This document shows, in pieces, positions 10,152-19,791 of a DNA stretch of 64,000 bases. The notes beneath the pieces were generated by a model. It was not told the origin of the DNA. It ran no database searches and worked only from the letters and a program-made list of their open reading frames with translations. Position 1 is the first letter of the stretch. The number at the start of each line of letters is the position of its first letter. Source of the stretch: an uncultured delta proteobacterium (lineage in GTDB: Bacteria > Desulfobacterota > Binatia > DP-6); assembly GCA_963815115.1 (NCBI GenBank), contig CAWFFN010000009.1, positions 704,001 through 768,000 of the forward strand, in the 5' to 3' direction. A program made the position numbers and the translations under genes.

Positions 10152-10168
10152 CGTGAACGGCGTTCACG
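10152..10168. promoter_or_regulatory. Palindromic operator-like site
   Basis: CGTGAACG-G-CGTTCACG is a perfect 8-bp inverted repeat in the divergent intergenic region. Confidence 0.4.
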
Positions 10169-10379
10169 GCCCGGTCCCCTCCGTCGCCGCGTGCCCGTCG
10201 CGCCGCTTCTACGGACGCGCTCGACGCCGATGAAGTGCGGAGCCCGTGATTCTCTCCCGGTTGACGTTTGCTCCGGACAGCCCTTTGGCTAGAGTGCGCG
10301 CGCGGAGACGGCGATCGTGCCCCGGCTCTGAAGAGCAAGGAGATCGGGATGGCGTTCCCGGAATGCAAGAGGACCGGCA

Positions 10380-11150
10380 ATGAAGAAGATCGTCATCATC
10401 GGTGACTGCGCCGGAAAGGCGACCCTCTATCGCGGCACGCTCGAGGCCGAAGGATTCGAGGTTCACGTCGACGCCGACGGGGAAGGCGGGCTGTCCACCA
10501 TCGAACGGCTCGAGCCCGATCTCGTGCTGCTCGACCTCGCGCTGCCGAGGATGAGCGGTGTCGAGGTGTTGGCGCGGCTTCGCGAGTCGGATCGGTCTCG
10601 GAAGCTGCCCGTGGTCGTGCTGTCGGACGCAGACCAGCCTTCGTGGCTGGAGCACGCCCTGGAAGCCGGTGCCACGCAGGCGTTGCCGGAAACCGTGAGA
10701 CCTGAGAACGTGGCCGAGATCGCTTGCAGCCTACTCCCGCTCGGTACGGATCGTGTGCCCGGGGGAGCGTCCATGGGGAGAATCCTCATCGTCGACGACG
10801 ACAGTATTCTCCGGTCAATCTTCACGCACCTCCTGAGCAGAATAGGGTATCAGGTGGATGCGGCATCCGATGGGCAAGAGGCGCTCAGCAAGGCGAATGC
10901 GCACGAACCGGATCTGATCGTTCTCGACATGCTGATGCCGAAGATGGACGGCATAGAGTTCCTGCGCGCGTATGACGTCATAAAGACGCATCCCAAAGTC
11001 AAGGTCATCACCTTCAGCATCAGCGATGAACCGCAAACGGTCAAAGAGGCCCTGGCGCTGGGTGTCATCGGATACATGACCAAATCACAGTTGTCCCCAC
11101 GGGGCATGGTACAGGTGATCGAGGATACCTTGGCACGCGACAAGACCTGA
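10380..11150 (+). CDS. Response regulator with two tandem receiver domains and no output domain
   Basis: REC1 has PDLVLLDLALPRMSG. REC2 has ILIVDDD...PDLIVLDMLMPKMDG...YMTK. Confidence 0.85.
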   Translation: MKKIVIIGDCAGKATLYRGTLEAEGFEVHVDADGEGGLSTIERLEPDLVLLDLALPRMSGVEVLARLRESDRSRKLPVVVLSDADQPSWLEHALEAGATQALPETVRPENVAEIACSLLPLGTDRVPGGASMGRILIVDDDSILRSIFTHLLSRIGYQVDAASDGQEALSKANAHEPDLIVLDMLMPKMDGIEFLRAYDVIKTHPKVKVITFSISDEPQTVKEALALGVIGYMTKSQLSPRGMVQVIEDTLARDKT

Positions 11151-11405
11151 TCGCGCCGCGCCCGTGGACGTGCGCTGGATTCTCCCGGGGCGAGCGATGA
11201 ACCCGACCCGTGCGCGGGCGGACGGCAGAGAGTGAGCAGTCAACGATACCGACGGAGGCGACGATGAAGCAGGCTAGTAACAAGCGACTTCGCGCGGCGC
11301 GCTCCGCGGACGAGCTCGCCCGACCGGCTGCGGGGGTCGACCGGGAGAACGTGGTCGACGAGTGACCCGAGCGGGCCTCGCGTCCCTGAGTCCGGGCGGC
11401 GTCCG

Positions 11406-12977
11406 ATGAGCGACGTGCTGGCGGTGCATGGCCCCGCCGTCGCCGGGTCGGCGCGCGTGCTGACGCCGGACGCGCTCGCCTTCGTCGCCAGCCTCGCCCG
11501 TCGCTTCGAGCCGCGGCGCCAGGAGGTGCTGCGGGCGCGGCGCGAGCGGCAGGAGGCGCTGCGCGCGGGCGCACGCCCGGACTTCCTCGCCGAGACCCGG
11601 TCGGTGCGCCAGGGCGACTGGACGATTGCTCCGACACCAGACGACCTGCAGGACCGGCGTGTCGAGATCACCGGTCCGGTCGATCGCAAGATGATCATCA
11701 ACGCGCTCAACTCCGGCGCCCGGGTGTTCATGGCGGACTTCGAGGACGCCAACGCGCCGCTGTGGGAGAACGTCGTCGAGGGGCAGGCGAACGTGCAGGA
11801 CGCCGTCCGCCGCACCATCACGCACGACGTCCCCGGCGGTCGCACCTACCGGCTCCGGGAGCGTGTCGCCACGCTGCTCGTGCGCCCGCGGGGATGGCAT
11901 CTCGTCGAGAAGCACCTCCGGCTCGACGGCGAGCCGGTCTCCGCCAGCCTGGTCGACTTCGGGCTCTTCTTCTTCCACAACGCCCGCGAGCTGCTGGCGC
12001 GCGGGAGCGGACCGTACTGCTATCTTCCCAAGCTGGAGAGCCACCGCGAGGCGCGGCTGTGGAACGACGTCTTCTGCGCGGCGCAGGACGCGCTCGGCCT
12101 TCCGCGCGGAACCATCCGCGCCACCGTGCTGATCGAGACCGTCCTGGCCGCCTTCGAGATGGAGGAGATCCTCTACGAGCTGCGCGAGCACGCCGCCGGG
12201 CTCAACGCCGGTCGCTGGGACTACATCTTCAGCGCCATCAAGAAGCTCGGCCACGATCCGGCAGCGGTGCTGCCCGATCGCGCGCAGGTGACCATGACGG
12301 CGCCCTTCATGCGGGCCTACACCGAGCTGCTGGTGAAGACCTGTCATCGGCGCGGCGCGCACGCCATCGGCGGCATGGCGGCGTTCATCCCCAGCCGGCG
12401 CGATCCCGGGGTGAACGCGCGCGCCCTCGCCGCGGTGCGCGAGGACAAGCGCCGCGAGGCTGGCGACGGCTTCGACGGCACGTGGGTGGCGCATCCCGAC
12501 CTGGTCCCCGTGGCCCAGGAATCGTTCGACGCGGTGCTGGGAAGCCGCCCGAACCAGACGCGGCGCCTGCGCGACGACGTCGCGGCCGACGCGGCCCGCC
12601 TGCTCGACTTCCGGGTACCGGGTGGCCGGATCACCGAGGCGGGCGTGCGCAACGACGCCAGCGTCGCGATCCAGTACGTCGAATCCTGGCTGCGCGGGAC
12701 GGGGGCCGTCGCGCTCTTCGATCTGATGGAGGACGCCGCCACCGCGGAGATCGCGCGCGGGCAGCTCTGGCAATGGCGGCGGCACGGGGCGACCCTCGCC
12801 GACGGACGCCAGGTGACGGCGGCGCTCTACGAGCAGCTGCGCGACGACGAGCTCGGCAAGCTGCGCCGCTTCGAGGGCGATCGCTTCGACGACGCCCGCG
12901 CCCTGATCGACCGGCTCGTGCTGGCCGACGAGTTCGCCGACTTCCTGACCGTCCCCGCCTACGAGCTGGTGCCATGA
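11406..12977 (+). CDS. aceB: Malate synthase A
   Basis: Motifs [52 protein letters not shown] and [10 protein letters not shown]. Confidence 0.97.
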   Translation: MSDVLAVHGPAVAGSARVLTPDALAFVASLARRFEPRRQEVLRARRERQEALRAGARPDFLAETRSVRQGDWTIAPTPDDLQDRRVEITGPVDRKMIINALNSGARVFMADFEDANAPLWENVVEGQANVQDAVRRTITHDVPGGRTYRLRERVATLLVRPRGWHLVEKHLRLDGEPVSASLVDFGLFFFHNARELLARGSGPYCYLPKLESHREARLWNDVFCAAQDALGLPRGTIRATVLIETVLAAFEMEEILYELREHAAGLNAGRWDYIFSAIKKLGHDPAAVLPDRAQVTMTAPFMRAYTELLVKTCHRRGAHAIGGMAAFIPSRRDPGVNARALAAVREDKRREAGDGFDGTWVAHPDLVPVAQESFDAVLGSRPNQTRRLRDDVAADAARLLDFRVPGGRITEAGVRNDASVAIQYVESWLRGTGAVALFDLMEDAATAEIARGQLWQWRRHGATLADGRQVTAALYEQLRDDELGKLRRFEGDRFDDARALIDRLVLADEFADFLTVPAYELVP

Positions 12978-13723
12978 CCGCGCTCGACGACCTCGGCGCG
13001 GCATGGCGCGCCGCACACACGGTCGTCGTCCTCACCGGAGCCGGCATGTCGACGGCGTCGGGGATCCCCGACTTCCGCTCGCCCGGCGGGCGCTGGTCGC
13101 AGTACCGCCCGGTGACGATCCAGGAGTTCCTCGCCAGCGAAGACGACCGGGCTCGCTACTGGCGTTACAAGGGTGAGACCTGGCAGGTGATCAGCGCGGC
13201 CCAGCCCAACCCGGCGCACCTGGCGCTCGCCGAGCTGGCCGACGCCGGCCATGTGGAGCTGCTGGTCACGCAGAACGTCGACGGGTTGCACGAGCGGAGC
13301 GGCTTCCCGCCCGAGCGGCTGGTGACCATCCACGGCACCGATGCGGCGGTCGAATGCGTGCGCTGCGGCCGGCGCGCCGCACGCGCGGTGGCGCAGCAGG
13401 CCTGGGAGGCCGGCGCCGCCGTGCCACGCTGCTCCTGCGGCGGTCCCTGGAAGCCGGCGACGATCTCCTTCGGACAGGCTCTCGTGCAAGCCGACCTGAT
13501 CCGGGCGCTCGAGGCGGCGGGGAGCTGCGACCTCCTGGTGGCGGCGGGTACGTCGCTCGTGGTCGGTCCGATCAACGAGATGGTGCCGCGCGCGCGCCGG
13601 GCCGGCGCGCGCGTCGGCATTCTCACCGCATCCGAGACCCCCTTCGACCACGTCGCGGAGTGGAAAGTCCCGGCGCCGCTCGCGACGGTCCTGCCCTCGC
13701 TGCGCGCGCTGGTGCTCGGCTGA
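12974..13723 (+). CDS. cobB: NAD-dependent protein deacylase, Sir2/sirtuin family
   Basis: [24 protein letters not shown], zinc-binding CVRC...CSC and GTSL. ATGA overlap with the aceB stop. Confidence 0.9.
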   Translation: MTALDDLGAAWRAAHTVVVLTGAGMSTASGIPDFRSPGGRWSQYRPVTIQEFLASEDDRARYWRYKGETWQVISAAQPNPAHLALAELADAGHVELLVTQNVDGLHERSGFPPERLVTIHGTDAAVECVRCGRRAARAVAQQAWEAGAAVPRCSCGGPWKPATISFGQALVQADLIRALEAAGSCDLLVAAGTSLVVGPINEMVPRARRAGARVGILTASETPFDHVAEWKVPAPLATVLPSLRALVLG

Positions 13724-13741
13724 AGGTCGGCCGCGGGGCGC

Positions 13742-14476
13742 TCAGCCCTCGATCAGCCGTGCCCGCAGGCGTGCGATCGCCGGATCGGTGACGCCGGCGG
13801 CCAGCACGTAGTCCTCCACCGACCCGAAGCGAGCGCGCAGGCGCTCCAGGAACTCGACGATCGTCTCCGGGTTCGCGTGCATGGTGTCGGGCGGCAGCGC
13901 CGCGAGCATCGCGCGGTAGCCTTCCAGCGAGTTCAGCCGATCGACGATGGCATCCAGGTTTTCCCGCGTGGCCACGTAGTCGGCCACGATTACCTCGTCG
14001 GCGACGCCGAGGAGCCCGAGCACGATCGCCGAGATCACGCCGGTGCGGTCCTTTCCGGCGGCGCAGTGGAAGACCGCCGGCGTCTCGGCATCGGCGAGCA
14101 GGCCGACGACGCGCGCGATACGATCTCCCGCCAGCTCGGCCATGAACACGTACCGGTCCGCGAGGGTGATCTGGGCGACGCGCTCGCGATCCTCCTCGCG
14201 CATCTCGCCATCGTAGAGCGGGACGTGATGGAAGCGTACATCGCCTTGCGCCAGCGGTCCCTGGCCCTCGGAGCGAACCTCGGCGCTCGAGCGCAGGTCG
14301 ATCACGTCGCGGAGTCGGATCTCGTCGCGCAGATGCGCCACGTCGGCGGGCGTCACGAGGTGCAGGGCGTCGCTGCGGAAGACCTGCCGCCAGCGGACCA
14401 TGCGACCGTCGGCGGTCGGGTAGCCGCCCAGGTCACGGAAGTTGAGGCAGCCCTCGAGGTTGATCAGGCGCTGCAT
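13742..14476 (-). CDS. Protein tyrosine/serine phosphatase (Y_phosphatase3 family)
   Basis: NFRDLGGY, FRSD, IDLR and the active site HCAAGKDRTG. Confidence 0.92.
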   Translation of the reverse strand: MQRLINLEGCLNFRDLGGYPTADGRMVRWRQVFRSDALHLVTPADVAHLRDEIRLRDVIDLRSSAEVRSEGQGPLAQGDVRFHHVPLYDGEMREEDRERVAQITLADRYVFMAELAGDRIARVVGLLADAETPAVFHCAAGKDRTGVISAIVLGLLGVADEVIVADYVATRENLDAIVDRLNSLEGYRAMLAALPPDTMHANPETIVEFLERLRARFGSVEDYVLAAGVTDPAIARLRARLIEG

Positions 14477-14659
14477 CACGCGAGAAGGACGAGGACCCGA
14501 AGGGCGAGCACCCCGTATCCCTAGCAGGCGGGTCGTTCCATGGCGACAGGCGACCGACCAATGCGCCCTGCGCGCCTCACCAGAGGCGGATGGCGCTCGG
14601 TGGCGGACGGTGCTCGGATCGTGGGATAAGCGAACCTGCGCGGGGGTGGGGGTGATCGG

Positions 14660-17600
14660 ATGAGCGAAGTCAGCCCCAAGCGCGCCGAACATACTCGGAT
14701 CGTGTCGCGCCTGCCGGTGTCACCCGGGGTGCGCGATCTGTTCGTCGGCCGCGAGGCCGAGCTCGGTCGCCTCGGCCGCGCACTCGATCGGGCGATCGGC
14801 GACGAGGGACGACTCGTGTTCCTCGTGGGCGAACCCGGCATCGGAAAGACCCGCATCGCTCGTGAGCTCGTGGTCCGCGCAGGCGCCCTCGGCGTCGCGG
14901 CGCGCTGGGGACGCTGCCAGGAGACCGAGGGCGCGCCTCCGTACTGGCCGTGGGTGCAGGTCCTGCGGGGCAACGAGCGGATCGAGCCCCAGGTGGATGA
15001 CGCGCTCGCCGCGTTGCTCGCCGATCACGTGCCAGGACCCACCGCCGCGTCCGCAGCGGAGTCGACCCACGCGCGGTTCCAGCTCTTCGAGACGATCGCC
15101 GGCGCGCTGCGGCGGATCTGTCTCGAGACCCCGTTGCTCGTGGTCCTCGACGATCTCCACTGGGCGGATGCGGCGTCGTTGCTCCTGCTGCGGTTCATCG
15201 CCACGGAGCTCGCCGACGCCCGCGTGCTCGTCCTCGGCACGTACCGCGACGTCGAGATGCGCCAGGGAGCAGGCGCCGGGATGCTGCCGGAGCTCGCGCA
15301 TGTCGGTGAGCGAATCTTCCTCACCGGGCTCGCGGAAGCCGAGGTGGCGCGCTTGCTGGCGGCGCGCGCGGGCCGCGTCCTTCCGGACGGCGTCGTGACG
15401 ACCGTCCATCAGATCTCGGAGGGCAATCCCTTCTTCGTCGAGGAGCTCGCGCGCACGCTGGAAGGGGCGCACGAGGCTCCGCCGAGCCCCCTGCACATCC
15501 CCGACCATACGCGCGACGTCGTCCGGTACCGTCTGCGGCCTCTCTCCGAGCGCAGCCGACTCGTGCTCGGCGTCGCCTCGGTGCTGGGGCGGGAGTTCGC
15601 GGTGTCACCCCTGGCAGCGGTCGCCGGGCTTGCGCCGCACGACGCCCTGGAGGCGCTCGACGAAGCCGCCCGGCTGGGGCTGGTGACCGCGGCGGAGACT
15701 GCACACGACACCTGGCGCTTCACCCACGCCCTCGTCCGCGAGACGGTCTACGGCGACCTTCCGGCGCCGCAACGCGTGCGACTCCATCGAGGCATCGGCG
15801 AGCAGCTCGAGTCGCGCGGCCCGGCGGAGGTAACCCGGCGGCTCCCCGAACTCGCGCACCATTTCGCCTCGAGCGCGAGCCTCGACCGCGGCGGCAAGGC
15901 CACCACGTACGCGCGCGCCGCGGGTGAGCAGGCGCTCGCCCGGCTCGCCTACGAGGAGGCGGCGGCCTACTTCGCGCAGGCGATCCGATCGATCAGCTTC
16001 GGCGACGCGGATGCCGGAACACGCATTCGGCTGATCCTGCAGCACGCCGACGCGCTCTGGCGTGCGAACGATACCGCCGCGGCGCGGGCGACGAGCCTCG
16101 AGGCGGCCGAGATCGCGCGCGGGGTCGACGGCACGCTCTTCGCCGAGGCGGTGATGGGCTACGCCGCGACCTTCACCGCGGAGATCGGGCTGCCCGATCC
16201 CACGCTGCTGGTGCTGCTCGAGGAGGCGCTGACGGGGGCGCCCACGGGTGCGGTGGCTCTCCGAGCGCAGCTCCTCGCTCGCCTGTCCTTCGCGCTCTCC
16301 CTCAACCCTGCCGCGGCGGGGCGGCGCGAGCAGCTCAGCGCGGAGGCGCTCGATCTCGCGCGCGCATCGGGCGACGCGCGCGCGCTGACGCGGGCTCTCC
16401 TCGCGCGCTACTTCGCCCTCCTCGGTCCGGATCGCATCGAGGAGCCGCTCGCGCTGGCGGACGAGGTCGTGCGGGTGGCGGAGGCGAGCGGCAGCACGCC
16501 GACGGCGCTCGACGGACGGCTGCTGCGGATCCCGCTCCTCCTGATGCTTGGCGACGTCGCCCGCGTCGACTCCGAGATCGCGCTCATCGTTCCCCGTGCC
16601 GAGGCGATGCGCCTCCCGTACGGGCGGTGGCTGACTCGCTGCGTGCAAGCCTTGCGCGCGTTGCTCGCCGGACGCTTCGACGACGCCGAGCGGCTCGCCG
16701 GCGAAGCGTTCTCGCTCGCGCCGGCTCTCGACAACCTGATCGCGCCGGTGTTCTTCGCCATCCAGCTCTTCCACGTGCGTCGAGAGCAGGATCGCGCCGT
16801 CGAGCTGGCGCCGCAGATCGCGCTCATCGGAGAAGGGCACGCCTTCCTCCGGTCGTGGCGGTACGGGATGGCGTTCCTTCACTTCGTCATCGGGGAGCAC
16901 GCGACCGCCGCGCGGGAGCTGGCGGCGCTCGCGACCGAGCGCTTCACCGAGCTGCCGCGTGACGGGAACTGGCTCCCGGCGATGGTGAATCTCGCGGAGG
17001 TGGCGCACGGGGTCGGCGACGCCGAGTGCGCGCGGCATCTGTACGAGCTGCTGCGTCCGCACGCGGCTTCGGCGGCCGTGGTCGCCGCCGCCGTGTGCCT
17101 GGGCTCGGTCGAGCGCTACCTCGGCATGCTGGCCGTCACGCTCGGTCGCCCGGATGCGGCGGCGGCGCACTTCGAGGCCGCGCTCGCGGCGCATGTCCGG
17201 CTCGACGCGCCGGTGTACCGGGCGCGCACCGCGTTCGCGTATGCACGCCTGCTCCGGCGACGCGCCCAGCCGGGAGATGCGGAGCGCGCCGCCGCGCTGC
17301 TCGCGGACGCCCACGCGACCGCCGAAGCCCTCGGCATGGCCGCGTTGCTCCGGGAGATGCGTGAGGAGGCCACCGTGCCGGCGCGGCCCGCGCCCGCCCC
17401 GCGGTCGGCAACCGCGGAGCTGTGCGCGGACCGATACGGCTGGATGCTCGTGTTCGACGGCGTCGAGGCCCGGGTGCCGGATTCCAAAGGCGTGGCGTAC
17501 CTGGCGCACCTGCTCGCCGCGCCGGCCGAGCACGTGAGCGCCGTCGACCTCGCCGGCGTCCCGTCCGGCGGCGATGCCGGCGAACGGCTGGACGCGCGGG

Positions 17601-17950
17601 CGCGCGCGGCGGTGCGGCAGCGGGCGAAGGATCTCGAGGGCGAGCTCGCCGAGGCCGAACGAGCGAACGACCTCGGGCGCCTGGAGGTCATCCGTGCCGA
17701 GCTCGACGCGCTCGCGGACGAGCTGGCGCGCAGCCGAGGGCTGGCCGGCCGGTCGCGCCGCGTCGGCTCGGTGACGGAGCGGGCACGGGTGAACGTGACG
17801 CGACGGATAGCGGCGGCGCTCCAGAAGATCGCGGCGGTCCACCCGGCCGCGGCGCAGTACCTCGAGACCACCGTGCGCACCGGCACGGCCTGCGTCTTCC
17901 TCCCCGACCCGCGCTTCCCGGTGCGCTGGACCGTCCGTCCCCGGCGCTGA
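14660..17950 (+). CDS. Large AAA-ATPase / TPR transcriptional regulator-like protein
   Basis: FVGREAEL, Walker A GEPGIGKT, Walker B LDDLHWAD, GNPFF, FTHALVRETVY, a helical repeat region and a C-terminal ERARVNVTRRI...VRTG motif. Confidence 0.85.
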   Translation: MSEVSPKRAEHTRIVSRLPVSPGVRDLFVGREAELGRLGRALDRAIGDEGRLVFLVGEPGIGKTRIARELVVRAGALGVAARWGRCQETEGAPPYWPWVQVLRGNERIEPQVDDALAALLADHVPGPTAASAAESTHARFQLFETIAGALRRICLETPLLVVLDDLHWADAASLLLLRFIATELADARVLVLGTYRDVEMRQGAGAGMLPELAHVGERIFLTGLAEAEVARLLAARAGRVLPDGVVTTVHQISEGNPFFVEELARTLEGAHEAPPSPLHIPDHTRDVVRYRLRPLSERSRLVLGVASVLGREFAVSPLAAVAGLAPHDALEALDEAARLGLVTAAETAHDTWRFTHALVRETVYGDLPAPQRVRLHRGIGEQLESRGPAEVTRRLPELAHHFASSASLDRGGKATTYARAAGEQALARLAYEEAAAYFAQAIRSISFGDADAGTRIRLILQHADALWRANDTAAARATSLEAAEIARGVDGTLFAEAVMGYAATFTAEIGLPDPTLLVLLEEALTGAPTGAVALRAQLLARLSFALSLNPAAAGRREQLSAEALDLARASGDARALTRALLARYFALLGPDRIEEPLALADEVVRVAEASGSTPTALDGRLLRIPLLLMLGDVARVDSEIALIVPRAEAMRLPYGRWLTRCVQALRALLAGRFDDAERLAGEAFSLAPALDNLIAPVFFAIQLFHVRREQDRAVELAPQIALIGEGHAFLRSWRYGMAFLHFVIGEHATAARELAALATERFTELPRDGNWLPAMVNLAEVAHGVGDAECARHLYELLRPHAASAAVVAAAVCLGSVERYLGMLAVTLGRPDAAAAHFEAALAAHVRLDAPVYRARTAFAYARLLRRRAQPGDAERAAALLADAHATAEALGMAALLREMREEATVPARPAPAPRSATAELCADRYGWMLVFDGVEARVPDSKGVAYLAHLLAAPAEHVSAVDLAGVPSGGDAGERLDARARAAVRQRAKDLEGELAEAERANDLGRLEVIRAELDALADELARSRGLAGRSRRVGSVTERARVNVTRRIAAALQKIAAVHPAAAQYLETTVRTGTACVFLPDPRFPVRWTVRPRR

Positions 17951-18123
17951 TCGGGTCGGTGTTCACGGGCGGCGGCCGGACCGCGCCGGGGAACACTGTT
18001 CCGCGGCACGGAACGCCCTCTCGGTTGAAGGGAGAGTGGCTAGCGAATGCGCGTCCGATCGCCGGGTAGGGGGTTCACCGGGCGCCGGTCCCCGGCGCAT
18101 CCGCGAAGCGACGCGGACGGCCG

Positions 18124-19791
18124 ATGCGGTTGACCCTTGCGGCACTGCTCGTCGGGAGCTGGATCCTCTCCGGCGCTGCCCATGCAGCGCTGCCGACGCC
18201 GGGATGCAAGGACTCGCAGGGCGGGGGGTTCACGTATGTCGGGACGGTGAATCCCGGCACGGTGACTCCCGGCGGTCCGCCGCCCGGCGTCCCGCCGGTC
18301 GACGTGGGCGCGATCAGCGTCGTGACCACGGACGGCCCTGGCGGCTCCAGGGAGGTCGCGGTCCACGGCGGCAATCTCGACGTGGTTCACTTCGGAGCAG
18401 GGCTGGGCCAGCTCTTCGCAGGCGCCGCGAGCATCGACGCCTTCGTGCACGCCGAGATCGGCTCGATCCACCTGGCGGCGAGCGCCGCGGCGGAGACATT
18501 GCCCTTTCGATACGCGGCGCCCTTTCCCGGCGCGCTCGGGGAGAACCCCTTCTACGCGCAGGCAGAGGTGAGCATCGCTGGGTGCTGCGACGATGTCGTC
18601 ACGGTGCCCGCCACCCGGAGCGCCCCGAACCCAGGCGACCCGACGACCGTCACGCTGCAGGTAGGCTACAGCGGCAACGAAAAGGCCGGCGCGGACTTCG
18701 ACATCGACCTGCGGAACGCCCCGCGACCCTCGGCGTTCCTCTCGCTCGCCGATGGCACCGATCTCGGCGGCGTCATCAGCGGAACCCGGACGCTCGGCAA
18801 CGTCCCCGTGCTGACGCCCATCGCGCTGCGCTTCTGCTTCGGCGGTGGGCTCGCCGTGACCGCCGGGCACGGCCTGCCAAACCAATTCTACGGCACGGTC
18901 TACCAGCACGGGGGGGACATCGGCTCGGACCATGCGTTCTACGACGCGCTCAACACGGCGGAGATCGCCCTCACCAACGCGGACGGCGCCGGGGCCACGG
19001 GTGCCACCGGGCACGACTACGCCACGTTCAGCGGCGGGTCGACGATCACGACGACCACGACCACGACGACGACCTCGACCTTCGTGCCGCCCGCGACCCT
19101 GCCGAGCTGCGCGGGGTACTGCGGTGACGGCGTCGTCCAGGCCGACTGTGCCGAGACCTGCGAGTGTCCGATGGCGGGCGACCTGGCCGTCGCCGTATGT
19201 GACGTGGGAACGGCGATACCGTCCCTCACGCCGGACTGTGCCCGCTGCGCCGGCTGCCAGGTCGATCTGTCGCCGTGCTCCGCGGGGACCACCACGTCCA
19301 CGACCGTTCCGGGACCCGCGACCACCACGACCACGTCGCTCTCGTCGAGCACGAGCACGACGGCCGCCCCATCGACGACGACGACGACTCTTCCCGGCGC
19401 CTGCGAACCCGCGCCCATGTTCGACTCCCTCGACTGCCGGCTCGGCGCCTTGCTCGATCGGATCGACGGCGAGTCCGACCTCGGCCCCTTCGGGCCCAAG
19501 CTCGAGCAGGCGCTCTCGAGAGCCAGGAACGACGCGGAGGCGGCGAGAGGGATGTGCGCTTCCGCGCAGGTGCGAAGCGCGCGGCGGCGGCTGAAGATGG
19601 CGATCCACGACATGATCCGGTACGCGCGTCACCTGAAGACCGTCGCGGCCCGCAAGCAGCTGCCCGCCACCATCCGGAACGCACTCCTCGCCGCGGGCGA
19701 CCCGATCGGGCGCGACCTGGGACTCCTCAAGAGCCGGCTGCAATGCCCGTCCGATTCCGGCGCACGGGGAACCCCGGAGGTATCGCCGTGA
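18124..19791 (+). CDS. Secreted protein with Thr-rich linkers, a Cys-rich module and a basic helical C-terminal domain
   Basis: Signal peptide (AAHA), two poly-Thr tracts and CGDG..Q..C.E.C. Confidence 0.8.
   Translation: MRLTLAALLVGSWILSGAAHAALPTPGCKDSQGGGFTYVGTVNPGTVTPGGPPPGVPPVDVGAISVVTTDGPGGSREVAVHGGNLDVVHFGAGLGQLFAGAASIDAFVHAEIGSIHLAASAAAETLPFRYAAPFPGALGENPFYAQAEVSIAGCCDDVVTVPATRSAPNPGDPTTVTLQVGYSGNEKAGADFDIDLRNAPRPSAFLSLADGTDLGGVISGTRTLGNVPVLTPIALRFCFGGGLAVTAGHGLPNQFYGTVYQHGGDIGSDHAFYDALNTAEIALTNADGAGATGATGHDYATFSGGSTITTTTTTTTTSTFVPPATLPSCAGYCGDGVVQADCAETCECPMAGDLAVAVCDVGTAIPSLTPDCARCAGCQVDLSPCSAGTTTSTTVPGPATTTTTSLSSSTSTTAAPSTTTTTLPGACEPAPMFDSLDCRLGALLDRIDGESDLGPFGPKLEQALSRARNDAEAARGMCASAQVRSARRRLKMAIHDMIRYARHLKTVAARKQLPATIRNALLAAGDPIGRDLGLLKSRLQCPSDSGARGTPEVSP

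Noticed and set aside
9870-10379. Possible riboswitch or tRNA in the intergenic region
   Set aside because: No cloverleaf or recognisable riboswitch consensus was seen.
12974-13723. Sir2 gene as an anti-phage defence component
   Set aside because: It is a classical zinc-binding CobB-type deacylase coupled to aceB, with no defence partners.
14660-17950. AAA-TPR protein as an Avs/STAND anti-phage system
   Set aside because: There is no N-terminal effector domain. The motifs fit the regulator-type AAA family.
19040-19390. ACG/ACC tandem repeats as possible CRISPR or VNTR
   Set aside because: They are poly-Thr linker codons inside a CDS, with no repeat-spacer structure and no cas genes.
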